Translations under genes and position numbers: made by a program
Notes under the pieces: model-generated
Database searches by the model: none
Seen by the model: the letters and a program-made list of their open reading frames with translations, nothing else
What the model was told of the DNA's origin: nothing
DNA from: Octopus vulgaris
Lineage: Eukaryota
DNA length: 64,000 nucleotides
NCBI GenBank assembly: GCA_951406725.2
Contig: OX597817.1
Coordinates: 153,884,001 to 153,948,000, forward strand
Direction of reading: 5' to 3'
In this document: in pieces, positions 39,226 through 52,631 of the stretch
Position numbering within the stretch: the first letter of the stretch is position 1
Layout: every line of letters starts with the position of its first letter

Positions 39226-41404
39226 AAACATCTTTCCTTATATAAAATAATAGATTGTGATCTGGTGGAGATTCAACTGCTACTTCTTGCAAAGTAATTG
39301 ATAGTGAAGAGCTCCTTCATTAACTTCATCATATGATTTTTTTATTTTATTTTAGTGGAAGATGAATTGACTTTGTTATGATGAACTGACTTTGTTATGA
39401 TTAGCGATTTTTTCGAGAACTAAGGTTGGTAAAAGCGTAAATGCCTAACGAAGATAGTTGTAGAAGAGAATATAAGTTCATATTTTTTATATTTTTATTT
39501 ATCATAAGAGATACTTGGGTAAAAAGATATGAAGGGAGAAATATTATAAAGTAATTTCATCCAAGAATCAAATGAGCTACTTGAGAAGAGAAAAAGTTTT
39601 TCTCCTCTCAAGTGCAGGGAGAAAAAGTTTACTATTTACATTAGTCACATTCTGAATTAGAGCTTTAATAGCCGTAACGGAGTCTGTTGTAAAATGTCAA
39701 TTACTATTTCTGTACTTCATTGAAAATGAGTTTAGGCTTTTTAAAGTTCAAAGTTCAAAGCTCATTTTTTTATAGTTAGGTAATGAAACGCAAATTTTCT
39801 TGAAGCTGCTATGATTACATCAGCCATCAATTAGTCAAAAAAAAAATTTAATAAGTGCGAGTATGTCAATGAAAAGTTATTACGTGTAGCTTGTTTAAAA
39901 CATAGATAAAAAAAGAACAATGAAACTTATTAACCTCTGTAGAAACAATTGGTTTTGTATAAACTATAAGAGTTACAATAACACAGGGAAAATGGCATAA
40001 ACCCAGAATAAATTACAATAGAAAAAATACGGTTTCAGAACGAAAACTATAATTTGAAAAGTTTTTAGTGCAGTTATGTGGAAACAAAAATTTCGAATAA
40101 GACTTTCACAATCTGAATGTTTGATGGTCATTGCTAAATAGAAACAGTTTAGACATAATTTAGACATACTTTAGATACAACTTAGATATAATATAAAGCA
40201 AATGCATCGTAAAAGTATCTGTAGACAATGAGTGAAATATTCTATGTCCCTCTCTTTCTCTCACTTTCTTTCCTTCTCTCTCCCTTTCTCTCTCTTTCTT
40301 TCCCTTAGTCTTGTTATCAGTGTAACGTTAGATTATTTCTACGCAAATTACGTCTTGTAATACATAACAAATAAAGATGCTCGTGGCTTCAAAATATACA
40401 ACTGGCATACATATATTGACAGAAAAGATTAATGCCAGCCAAGTTTCTTTGATATGCACAGTATAAATCCGATTACACTTAACAGAGCATATATTTATGA
40501 TTTTAAAGGCCACACACAAAACAGAAAATATAGATGATAGCATAGATTTATATGTATAGAATTGCAGAAGAAATATAGCACCAGTTGTATAAAATGTTAC
40601 CGAATTATGTTTGCATAAACCAATGTAAATTAATAATGAATTGAGGTAATGTATTCTATAAAAATATTTCAACATTTGTTCTATGGTAGGAACGTAAAGG
40701 CTGACATTAATATTAATAATGTTGTTCCCTCTTATGTTTAGACCTCCGTGGGCAACAAAAAATAAATATTAATAATGCTTATTATGGTAGTTGTATTGGT
40801 ACATAGGATAAATATATCAATAGTCATCGTTTTCTTTTTACTCACACCCAGTTTTTAACTACTACTTAATTAATAAACTTTTAGTAAAAAGGAAACATTA
40901 CTTATCATCCTTAATTGGATGCAATTAATTCATTGCGTGTGGGTGTGATGGTCTCAATGTAACAATTCCCATAAGTTCAGGCTTATATTTTTAATTAAGA
41001 TTAAATGAACTCATTAGGATTTTACTAAGTAAATAGTTTCTCTTTATACTCAAAAAGTTAGTCTAATTAATTCTCATCATATCGAAATAAACCTTGTTGG
41101 TAATATAATACTTTATTTCTTCTTTTTGTCTCTAGAAGCATTACCTGCATATTTCTGTTACTTCCTGCTGATCTCAACTATGTTTCATCCCTTCCATTAA
41201 AATTCCAACGGCGCTCGCTATTGTTCTAAACTTCTGAACTTATAGTTAGTTACTAAATAAACATTGTTAGTACAATAGCTAACGTTCCAGTGTAGGATGC
41301 AAGCTTCCGGAGAACTGAAACTCTAAGAGATTTCCATTTCCGATGTCGACTCATAAATTTTATTTACTATGTTAATGCTATTGCAATAAATAAATAGAAA
41401 TATA

Positions 41405-41632
41405 TATTTCTTTATTACCCACAAGGGGCTAAACATAGAGGGGACAAACAGGGACAGACAAAGGGATTAAGTCGATTACATCGACCCAGTGCGAAACTGG
41501 TACTTTATTTATCGACCCCGAGAGGATGAAAGGCAAAGTCGACCTCGGCGGAATTTGAACTCAGAACGTAGCGACAGACGAAATATCGCTAAGCATTTCA
41601 CCCGGCGCGCTAACGTTTCTGCCAGCTCGCCG
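41405..41632 (-). mobile_element. SINE family A, full length
   Basis: Reverse complement of the family consensus seen in this window. Confidence 0.9.
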
Positions 41633-42621
41633 AAAACGTAACAACTGCCATTTATTCTTCCTTCAATCTCTGTGGCAATGATTACCTATCAGTATATATC
41701 ATTACCTTCAAAGAACAATCAGTTGTTTAGGTCGAATAAAGACATTTTTCTTTTTACTGAGTGTTGTGCTAAAAGAAGAGAGATAACGAAGCATCAGCTC
41801 ATATATCGTATAATCAAGTCCACCGCGAAATATCTGTAGTAGTCGAGCAAGAGAAATTATCTAGGTGGATATTTACTTAATGCTAGAAAACTAGAAGTAC
41901 ATACCTTCCTTCGGACTTCTAAATTTCATGAAAAGGTTTATTTTATCTTTAACGCATGTCGCCACTAAATCTTTACATGCACCAAACCTATTTCATGTTT
42001 TCCTTCTACACCAAAAAGCATGACTAAATTTCTTACCTCTCATATCAATGTTCATCATTCAATATTTACCATATTTCTTATTTTGTCGTGTCGAGCGGTG
42101 TTAAGTGAAAAGTAAAATTCCATCGATACCGTATCATAGTCCAGCTTACATTGTTAATGTCATCGGGAAATTCATGAAACTTAAAGCAACCCTCTTCACC
42201 ACTTTTTAAACTATAAATTTTTTCAGTTTAATCAAAGGATATCAATATTTCAAATTTATGAATAAATGTCACTGGCCATGTTATTTTATGCTGTATTTTT
42301 TATACGACTGTTATATTTTTATGTTTAATAGTGTAAGTATACCGTCAAATATTTCTAATGCACATTCCCTAGATTCAATTTCAATTTCAGATTCTTAACA
42401 CAAATTTGCCTTATAGTTATTTATTTTGACTTTTGCTGATTTTCTGAGTGCTGTGGTTTCCTTAATTTGCATACTTTTATATATATATATTTTTATAAAT
42501 TGCATTACAATATAATATATTTAATCCAATAAAAGGTAAAGATCTCCCTTGGATACTTTCATGGTCCACTTCATTTGATTTCGTAGTTTATCTTCGAGCA
42601 AGAACGACAAAATCGACACCC

Positions 42622-42675
<54 letters not shown>

Positions 42676-43487
42676 ACTAATACAGAAAAATATATGTTTG
42701 TTTTAGTTTGATCATTCCTAGCAAGTATAGAACCTTGTTAAATATGCGAATGGTCTTAAAATGGCTGTTTTCTCGAAGTGTAACAAGTTTCAAAATTCGT
42801 AAATATTTTCTTCAGTTAACATGTATTTATAATGATTTCTGGTCTGTTGGACACTATTTCAAAGCCTGCATATGAGGTAAATAATAAACTCTATGTTGCC
42901 TTAAAGATTTCTTGATACTTGCGGGCTTTATTTCGTAATGCTTTAGACTTTTGTGGTTGAAATCTATAGTTGCATACTTAGTCTTACACACTTCACCTAT
43001 TTTCAACGTCTTCCATTTTAGATATTCTCAAAATAGCCAACGCAATTCATTGAAATGGCTTTTTCCTTTCTTTCAATCTAAATAGTAGACTACATTCTGA
43101 GTTCAAGTCAAGCTGAAGTCATCTTTTTTTTTTGTAATTGCTATCATATATATTAACACAAACTCACTGAATTAAACTTCCGCTGATAAACATTAGCCTT
43201 GTGTCAATACACTTATAAGCATTCTATTTCCTGTATATACTTTTTATTTTCATATTTACTTTCAATTACATTTGAGGTTCATTAACAATGACTTGAGTTT
43301 TACGCAGTACGTTTTGGTGTTTGACAATATACGAGTACAATCTTTTCTGTATACTCTTCAAATTATTTATACTGTTTTTACTTATATTCAGATTTATTTA
43401 TCTATTCATTCGTCTATTTACTTTTGAGCTTATTCATTTAGTTAAGACAATTACATTTGTGTATAATTAAAATTACTGATCACACTA

Positions 43488-43488
<1 letters not shown>

Positions 43489-43518
<30 letters not shown>

Positions 43519-43575
43519 CTTCTTCTTCTTCTTCTTCTTCTTCTTCTTCTTCTTCTTCTTCTTCTTCTTCTTCTT
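43489..43575. repeat. (TTC)n microsatellite
   Basis: Trinucleotide run; source of the poly-E and poly-F ORFs. Confidence 0.95.
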
Positions 43576-43870
43576 CAACATCCCTTTCAGCTTTGAGTTC
43601 AAATCCTTGCATTCCAGCCCTAACCAACCCATTTTTAAGCACTTTCTAATCCTTCGTTCTCTTTGTAATGAAGAGGTTAAACTGCCGTTTAATGAAAATT
43701 TGTGTTATTTGTAGCAGGTTATGTGACTACGCAGAGGCTTTATCATCGGTTCATTTATGCCAATATTGTCGCTTCTGGAGGTACTGTCGCTGTTGTAGTT
43801 GTTCTTGCTTTTCACAAATATGACTAATTCTCATTTTTCTTTTAATTCTCTCTTTAACCACAAAAACTAG

Positions 43871-44467
43871 CTTGCCAGAACAAGAAAGTAGACATTCTGT
43901 TTCTGTTGGACAGTTCTTCCAGTATTCGTGACGTGAACTTGAAGAAGCAAATAAATGTTGTGAGTTTAATGATACGAAGATTTGACGTGGGTCCCCACAA
44001 GACTCAAGTCGGAGTATCAATTTACAGTCACCAATATATCCCTATATTTAAAATAGGGCAATTGAGAACAAAAACGGAAATCCTTTATAACATGAAAAAG
44101 ATCATTTTTATCGGCGGAGGGACAAAGACTGGAAAGGCTCTCGAAAAAGTAAGGACAGAAGCATTTAATATGGGTAGAAAACGCCCTGATGCAGGCAAAA
44201 TCCTTTTTGTATTTACCGATGGACAATCAAGCGATTATGAAAAAACCAGAGAAGAAGCTTATCTATTGAAAAAGTCCGGAGTTAGGATATTCGTAGTCAG
44301 CATTGGTTTGAATATTGATCCGGTTGAAATCAGAGACATTGCGAGTGAACCTTCCAAGGAGTTCATCCATAATGAAGCAACATTTGATGCTGTGATGCAA
44401 AGTACTGAAATTCTAACCCGTAAAACATGTGCAGCTCCGATGCAGATCACTCCAAAAGACCAGACTT
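43871..44467 (+). CDS. VWA-domain exon of a secreted tandem-VWA protein (matrilin / FACIT-collagen-type VWA)
   Basis: actag|CT TGC CAG AAC..; CQNKKVDILFLLDSSSSI (DxSxS), GGGTKTGKAL, VFTDGQS, RIFVVSIG, IASEP, ending RKTC..DQT T|gtaagt; phase 1-1. Confidence 0.92.
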
Positions 44468-45045
44468 GTAAGTTGCTCATTTGTTTGTTTTTCTTTATTG
44501 CTATGAATCTATATGCCATATACTAAGGCTCAACCACTATAAGACATAGGGGTATTGCAGTAAATGCGATGCCTAAATTCGCCCTGGTTATGAACTCCAC
44601 TTAGTCCAAATTTAATTTTCATTTCCCCCGTATCGACGATATAAAATAACATTAAAATACTGAGATCGATATAATTGACAATGTCCATTTTCACAAACAG
44701 GTGAGCTTCAATCCTTTTGAAAAAACGAAATATATTTTAGATGTCTATTTTAAGACATGAGTTCGTAAAGGAATCCAAAGAAAATCCTAGGTGCTTAAAT
44801 AATTAAAAAACTCTTTGTTACTGTTGTTGTTAGCTGTTACAGTACTGCTTCATCGCCGAGATAGTTTGAATACAAAATTGCTTATCCAAAAACAACACTG
44901 GTCAATCACACTTACAGTAGCCAACTGCTCTGATCTGAATGCTATATTTTTAATGATTTGATTACAGTCAATTATCTTTTAACCAATAATTGGAAACTAC
45001 TGCGGTAGGCTTACTAACCAATTCCTCTGAGTGACGGAATGTATT

Positions 45046-45087
45046 AGAGAGAGAGGAGAGAGAGAAAGGAGAGAGAGAGAGAGAAAG

Positions 45088-45122
<35 letters not shown>

Positions 45123-45168
45123 AAGGAGAGAGAGAGAAAGGAGAGAGAGAGAAAGGAGAGAGAGAGAG
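45046..45168. repeat. (GA)-rich microsatellite
   Basis: Directly visible. Confidence 0.9.
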
Positions 45169-47658
45169 TATCTATGTGTGTATCTATATACATGTATACA
45201 ATAATTATATAATGTGTATGCATTATATGTATACGTTGAAAATGCATATATGTATTATGTAAAAGAAATGTATAATATTGTGCCTTTCTGTTACTGTTTC
45301 TGTGTCACTGGAAGCATTTTTGTCATTGACACACGGAGTTATTGGAATTCTTATACAGCTGAGAATGCATCTATTAATTATAGGCCGTGTGCTTGTTTTC
45401 AGAAGCCAATCTAAAAATATTTCAAACAAGTATTTATATTATTAGTTTATTTATAGAATAAAATTATCTTAGTCGAATAGTCGAATATTTTATTAATGAT
45501 CTAGAGTATGAGGAACAAAACTTATGACCTTTGCACAACTTCTCAGACCGGTGACATAGATTACGAATGGTTGTGGAACATCTCGTATAGGAAAGAAATT
45601 ATTGAGGAGCGAATTAAAACAAAAGGGATTAGAGAAAGTAACTAGTGCGGTATCTGAAGGGTAAAACACTTTAGGGATAGCAAGAACAGAAAAGACAAAA
45701 GTGTCGACTATTGGAGAAGGGTTGCAACTAGCAAGCTTACAAGAACAATACTCGATTTAGACAGGACAGAAACCAGAAAATAGGCATGGCAGTGAGTTGG
45801 TTGCATTAGTGAGTGGATTTCTGCCATATAGTCTTTTGGATGAGGCTCCGAATGTTCGTGTATGCAGTAGCTGCACTAGCTGTAGTAATAGCAGCAGAAA
45901 TAGCAGTGGCAGGAGTAGCAACAGCAGCGAGACTGGACCACATAGAGGAACAGTCCTCCAATATATGTATGATCTTTGTTTTGTAGAGGAGAGCAACTGA
46001 TCAGAGCTGAAGTGTTTCCTGTTCTTACAAGGGTTTCCTCGTCTCTCGAGTAAAGATCTGGCAATATTGTATGTGTTAGGATGTCATAAAAAAAGTAAAA
46101 AGAGCACTATGAAACTCTCTCGTTAGAGAAATGACTGCTTGCCGAGCCATGTTGATTGCGAAATGGTGGTTAGAGCATTATTAAATGTTAACAGGAATTC
46201 TTTTAACAACGGACAAATTGGAATATAGGAAAGTCTGTAGTTTGCTGAGTGCACAAAGGTGTATCCTTTGATAACCCGGTTGTTGATTTGCTGAAACGCA
46301 CTGGTGAAGGAGCATCACAAATTCGATAATTATTGGTGAATACATTCAGATATTGTAAACAATGTTATTTTCATGCAGTTTCAACATTAGCTTAATTATA
46401 TTCCAGGGAAAGGTTCCATTCGTTTGAATAACTGTGTGGGAAGGGTAGCAAGTGAATCATCTTTTGCTGCTGGAGCTAATCGTCATAGATCACTTAGTGT
46501 TTGCACTTAGCTGGTGTAATGTATTATCAGGTTAAGTGAATGACAGCTATTTTCTCCATCAATTGTAATATAAAAATGTAAATATTCGAAGATATTTAAT
46601 CGGACATTCTATTGATTCAGTGAATTCAACGTTATTCTAGTTCTCCACCGCCTCACCCTTCTTACTACTACTGCAGTCCCACCACTAGAAATTACTGAAA
46701 TTTTTCAGATTATTTCAAGCAAAATGAATTTCTTGTTCGGTAAAATTTAAGAGCTACGAATTAATTAAGACTCAGCTTATTAGAGAAACGAATGATATCA
46801 AATAGAGACAAAATTAATCACCACATTTAATTCTCAAACTGTTGGGGTACTATCTATGATCTTAAAATCTTGGTTGAATTATACAGAGTTAATTTCTCAT
46901 ATTTTGATTGCAAAAATTTTATTATAAACTACCGGCTTAATAAGCTCGCATCCTCGTGGAATTTAACAAGTATGTATTTATAATTATTGTTAGTAATATT
47001 GAATTGTAGAATAGGAGGGCAGTTATACGAAATGCCTTTTTGCATTTAAGTTCCCTTTAATTCTCATATTCAAAATTCTAATTAATCACTTTCACAGGCC
47101 TTTGTTTCCCATTGACTAATGGTTACCTCCATGTTTAATGGATGAGTAAGAAATCTCTGAATAAAGACACTAATCTGTCGCAGATTGCTCAAACTGCATT
47201 TGGAACTGAACTCAAAACTACAAGGCAATGGATTTACAATCCTCCCGTGTATTTCACTGCAATGATAGATTATATAACATGCTGATATTGAAGTCACTGA
47301 TGCACAACCCGAAAATTTACAGGAAAATTTATGTCGAAAAGAAGTGGGCGGAGATGGTTCTGGCCCAAAAGCTTGTAGTAGAGTGATCTTCAATAAAAAA
47401 TACTCCAATGAGGAGGTGGAGGCGTTTAACATGGCAGGCAGATTAGCCATTAGGACTTTGAAAGCTCATGGTTTTGTCTATGAACAGTTCGTACTACCGG
47501 TAGCAAGAAACAAACCACCAACTCCTTGCTTGGTTGTTGGGTAACAACATTAGATTATCTGACTAGATTATCTGAACTCTCATTTTAATACACGAATAAA
47601 TATTAAAGATGTTATCTTTAATTTGTTTTTTAATCAATTTCTTTTCTTTTATTTTCAG

Positions 47659-48251
47659 TTTGCAATGCCACGCAACCAACAGATGTAATATTTATGATCA
47701 GCAGAAATCGCTTTGGCCAATGGAAAACTAATAAGATTCTCCAAGCAGCTTCTGAGATTATTAAAAGACTTGGTGCTGGGGGCCCTTTCCAAATTGGTAT
47801 TACTTTTGACGAATGTCCTGCAAACCAAGATATATCAGTCGGTTCAATTGATGACACAAATGAACTTATCGAGCGAATGAAGATCGTTCAGTCCAGACCA
47901 TTAAGTAGTATGTTCCGACGAATTCATGAAGATATATTTTCCAGCGGTGGATCATATTCATCAACAGGTGGTGATGCTCGTAAGGTCGCCTTCGTTTTTA
48001 TCGACAGTACTGTAGAATTGCACGAACGTGACCTTTCAGATGAGATAAAAAAAGTTTTATTGGACGGAATTAGTGTCTACGCAGTTGCAATAGGCGAGGA
48101 TATACATATGCCACTTTTATACAGACATATTGCCAAAGGAGATAACGTTATTAAAGTACACTCCTACGACACCCTGGAAGATTCTTTGCCATCGCGTTTT
48201 ACAAGTAGAATCTGTACACGTACCTTCTCTTCAGCTGCCTTTTCATTGTAG
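47659..48251 (+). CDS. Terminal exon: second, MIDAS-less VWA domain
   Basis: ttttattttcag|TT TGC AAT.. in phase with the previous exon; CNATQPTDVIFMI..ARKVAFVFIDS..GISVYAVAIG..RIC; stop TAG 48249-48251. Confidence 0.85.
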
Positions 48252-48786
48252 AATATGTTTCGAAAGTTTTTCAATTGCTTCCACAGACAACTTTCGCACA
48301 AGTATTTTAAACTCCATTTTTGGAGATAAACCATTATTGTTTGAAATTACAATCACAGAAAAGAAAAAGACACAAAAATGACACAACTATAAACAAACAG
48401 CAAAATTGGAAGCTGAAAATTTAGAACTGTTTTTCTTTCGTATGCTTAACATTTCTATGGGATATTTTTTTTATATTTTCATATATACAAAACTATTTGT
48501 ACTTTATTACAATTTGTACTTTGTCGACAATAGTCGTACTTTTTCACCTTCTTCCAAATTATTTTAATACTAAATATGTTCTAAAATAAAAAGAATGGCA
48601 AATCAACGTTTAAGACATGAATAAGGAAGATTGGACAAAAATGCAAGATTTCGATACAACAGTTTGTCAAAGCCACTTGTTAATACTGTAAAGAAATGGG
48701 GCTTGTGAATGTGTCACCTTTATACAAGTTGCTTCAATGGCTTTGTGAATAATTTCCAAGAAACGTGTGTAAGAATTAAACTTTTT

Positions 48787-48792
48787 AATAAA
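48787..48792 (+). promoter_or_regulatory. Candidate polyadenylation signal of the VWA gene (alternative at 48585-48590)
   Basis: AATAAA followed by a GT/T-rich tract, about 540 nt after the stop. Confidence 0.35.
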
Positions 48793-49332
48793 ATGTGTAT
48801 TTTTGTAATGAGGGATTCCATGATTTCTACTGTTGGTTTTGATTTTAAACTATTGCTCTTATCATATGTTGAACGAAAGAATTGCTTATTTTACTGATCA
48901 ACGAATATATTCCCATTTCAGAATATGTTACTATAAACTAGCCTCATTTTTAGATCTACCATATTAATATAAATATAGGCACATTATGTATTTAGAACAA
49001 AACACTTGTTCTAGGCATCCTGAGATACAAATATATCACAACACGAAACCATAATTCATTTCATCAGAGGAATTTTCTTATCTTTCTAGCAAACAGTTGT
49101 TGAAATACAATAGGATGTAGCAACGTTTTGTTAATAATATGGCTCTCGGAAGTGAATATTATAGGAATGGAATCATTAGCAGTTAGACTCTCGTCGCTGA
49201 CACCTGATGAAAGATAATGTGTCTTTCTGCCCACAACCTTCCTAAAGAAAACCGTGCTTATACTGTCTCATTCCTGCATATATATATATATGTGTATGTG
49301 TGTTCGTGTCTGTTGCCCATAAATATTTATAT

Positions 49333-49359
<27 letters not shown>

Positions 49360-49368
<9 letters not shown>

Positions 49369-49491
49369 ACTAATTTCAACGGATTTCGCCCAAATTTGAC
49401 GTCTATATTACTTAGTTTGGTTTGAAATAAAGAACTTGATTAGCTTAATAATCGTAACTTAATCCCGGGCAAGGCCGGGTTATACTGCTAG
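49360..49491 (+). mobile_element. Helitron-like 3' end
   Basis: CCCGGGCAAGGCCGGG hairpin followed by ..TACTGCTAG|T. Confidence 0.55.
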
Positions 49492-50915
49492 TTGTGTATA
49501 AAGGATGCAGAACATTGCATCAAAAACCAACTGGCGGAGAATCTGCCTGGGGTTAAACTAGTAGTAAAATTCACCTGCCTCTTTGATGTGGCATAAAGTC
49601 CCCGCAAAAATTCTTTGTTTTTGATGTATGCAATTTAACTATACTTAACAGAGGTTAGTGATTGTAATTAACATTGGCTGCGATAAGTAGAGGACAAATT
49701 ACCAAAACAGATACTATCAGAACAGACCTTCAACGAGTGAAAAACACATAAACACACGAGAGACAAGTACGGGAAAAATTACCAAAAGAAGCCTAAACTC
49801 TCCTCAGTTGTCAACTGTTAAATACTACCTATTTCAAGCTTTCAATGACAATATAGGAAAACGTCATAAATAGTAGCTTCCAGAAATTTTAAAATATAAG
49901 ATTTCTGGAGAGTTAGAGCTTCGAACGAACAAACAGTAACAGTGTGTACGTACAGAGTAAACAATCAACAAAAAGAAACATTAAGGGCCGTGAGGCCAAA
50001 CCGCAGTGTAATGCGTAACGCCTGGGAGAAATTTTGAAAATATTTAGAATAAATCCAAGAGAAGTAAATAGTAGAAGAGAAAAAAGGTGGGGGGGAAAGG
50101 CGACAGAAAATTACGTCCAGCTAAGAGAGTGAGAGTGTGTATCTAGATATAATATAGATGTAAATCTATATTTACATGTATGTATGTATGTATGTATGTA
50201 TGTATGTATGTATGTATGTATGTATGTATGTATGTATGTATCATTCTATGCATTATGTAATTCGTTTTCTTATTGTTGGTGGGTCGTGACAGTTGATACA
50301 CTCCAGATCCCGCAAAAGGACTTTGTTTTTTATGTATGCAACTTAACTATACATGACAGAGGTTAATGTCTGTAATTAACATTGGCTGTTGTTTGGAATA
50401 TATCGGATGCAGGACCGAAGGCTGCAATTCTGAAGGTCCGGACATTTATAATAGTAGAATTTTCTAACACTGACTAGAGCTATAAATAGATACCTGCCAT
50501 ATTGAACCTTTTAGCTTTATCTTTGTCTGAAATCGTACTCAAGGGTGTGTTCTAAGCGCACGAACCTATATCCTTTTGACAGATGAGTGATAGAGTAGGC
50601 ACGACTAAAGAACTTCTTGTTCCAGTCATAACTAGTATCCCTGAAGGATGTAACTATACTGGAATCTTTACACTATTACACAATTAAAGCAGTATGAAAA
50701 TTTTCTTCAGCTTTTATTATTCTCAATCAAAAAATTGATTCCGTGTGTCTCTCTTGATGATATTGGACAGTTTCTGTATTTAATCTACGCATTCTAACTA
50801 TACATAACAAAGTTTTAAAATTTTTTCTCAAGAATAGTGGTTAGATCAAAATAATTCCACGCTGTAAACAGTCCATCATCTTCCATCTTTCTTTTCCATC
50901 TTTTTCGTCTATTTT

Positions 50916-50956
<41 letters not shown>

Positions 50957-50962
<6 letters not shown>

Positions 50963-51203
50963 AAAAAAACTTCCAAATAGGAAAGAGTTGTGCTGGAAAG
51001 AGCAGTAGAAGTCTCAAAAACCTCAAAAAAAGGATAAATTCACGAAAGGAATGAAAATTAAAAACGTTTACCATCTCAAATAGTTGAGATGGCAAACGTT
51101 TTTAATTTTCATTCCTTTCGTGAATTTATCCTTTTTGTGGTTTTTGAGATTTCTACTGCTCTTTCTAGCACAACGCTTTCCTATTTGGAAGCCTCTTATT
51201 GTA
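50957..51203. repeat. Palindrome (arms about 122 bp, 4-nt loop)
   Basis: Centre CCATCTCAA ATAG TTGAGATGG; the arms are reverse-complementary. Confidence 0.9.
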
Positions 51204-51298
51204 TTTCTATATAAATAATATATAGTCTAATGACTAATTCGTTTTTTGTGCTAGGCCACTGGTAATAATAATCTATTATTACCCTATTTTATTATATA

Positions 51299-51691
51299 CT
51301 AGCAGTATCGCCCGGCGTTGCTCGGGTTTGTAAGGGAAATAACTATAAAGCATTTTTAGAGAGTTGTAGCCAAAAAATAGCAAAAAAATGCATTAAAAAT
51401 GGAAAAAATATGATGGTAAATATTTTTTTAAATCGTTGACTCATCGTAGACATTTTTAGAGTGTTACTTCCCTTATATTTAAAAAAAATATGCATTAAAA
51501 TGGAAAAAAATGATGGTAGATCATTTTTTAAATCGTAGACTCATCGTAAACGCGCGCTAATACCCAGAAGGGCTCGATATGAATCACGACTATAAGATAC
51601 CCGGTTTTGGTTAAACTGCACCGCAAAATGTGGGAGTAGTTAGGAATCTAAATCGGAGTAGACAGACGCACAACCTTACTTTTATATATAA

Positions 51692-51694
<3 letters not shown>
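51299..51694 (-). mobile_element. Non-autonomous Helitron-like element
   Basis: Reverse complement of 12100-12486. Confidence 0.8.
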
Positions 51695-51759
<65 letters not shown>

Positions 51760-52282
51760 ATTGTTAGTCTAAACGCCAAGTATGGTTACCGATGACAAAC
51801 CAATATAAGATAAAATAACTTTTAAAATGACACGCCTTTCTGCTTAGTCACAGAAAGATAATCAAGCACTGTAAGGAACATTGATTCATCAAAGTTATAT
51901 AAAAGATATATGATTATATATATATACTTAAGTAAAATACCACTGATGTAAACAAATGGGCTATTCACTTCTGAAAGACCCAAAGTAATTTTGACTTGAC
52001 AGCTTAGTATACAGTAAATTATGTTGATCTTGCTTTAATCACGAATAACATTTGCTACGGAATAAACTAGTGTTATGTATCTGCTAAATAAAGAAATAGT
52101 ACTAAGAAATGTAAAGTATTGAGATAAATGAATTGAAACAGAGAGACTAACACTAAAGAAATGATCAGGACAAAAAGACATTATTTCTGATATTTCCCTA
52201 AGTTTAATTCACTGACCTATATGTGTATATGTGGTGTGGAGAATGTATGTGTGTGTGTGTCTATATATATATATATGCATAC

Positions 52283-52356
<74 letters not shown>

Positions 52357-52541
52357 TATGTACAAAGGTATGTATGTATAGATGGATTGACAGACAGACA
52401 GACAGAAGGATAGAGACAGACAGGCAGACAGATAGATAATGTGCATTCGGTTTATATCTTTGTGATTTGAATTCTGAGTACAGATATGTTCGTGTGTTCC
52501 CATACAACGTGAAGCTCTATTTTTAATGCTGGAAAGAGAGG

Positions 52542-52579
<38 letters not shown>

Positions 52580-52594
52580 AAAAAAGAAAGAGAG

Positions 52595-52631
<37 letters not shown>

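Noticed and set aside
42816-42876. AG/GT-bounded segment with MISGLLDTISKPAYE
   Set aside because: Stops in all through-reading frames, and its ATG frame ends in phase 0, out of phase with exon 43871
49204-49230. CTGATGA followed by a hairpin
   Set aside because: No GAAA after the stem, so not a hammerhead
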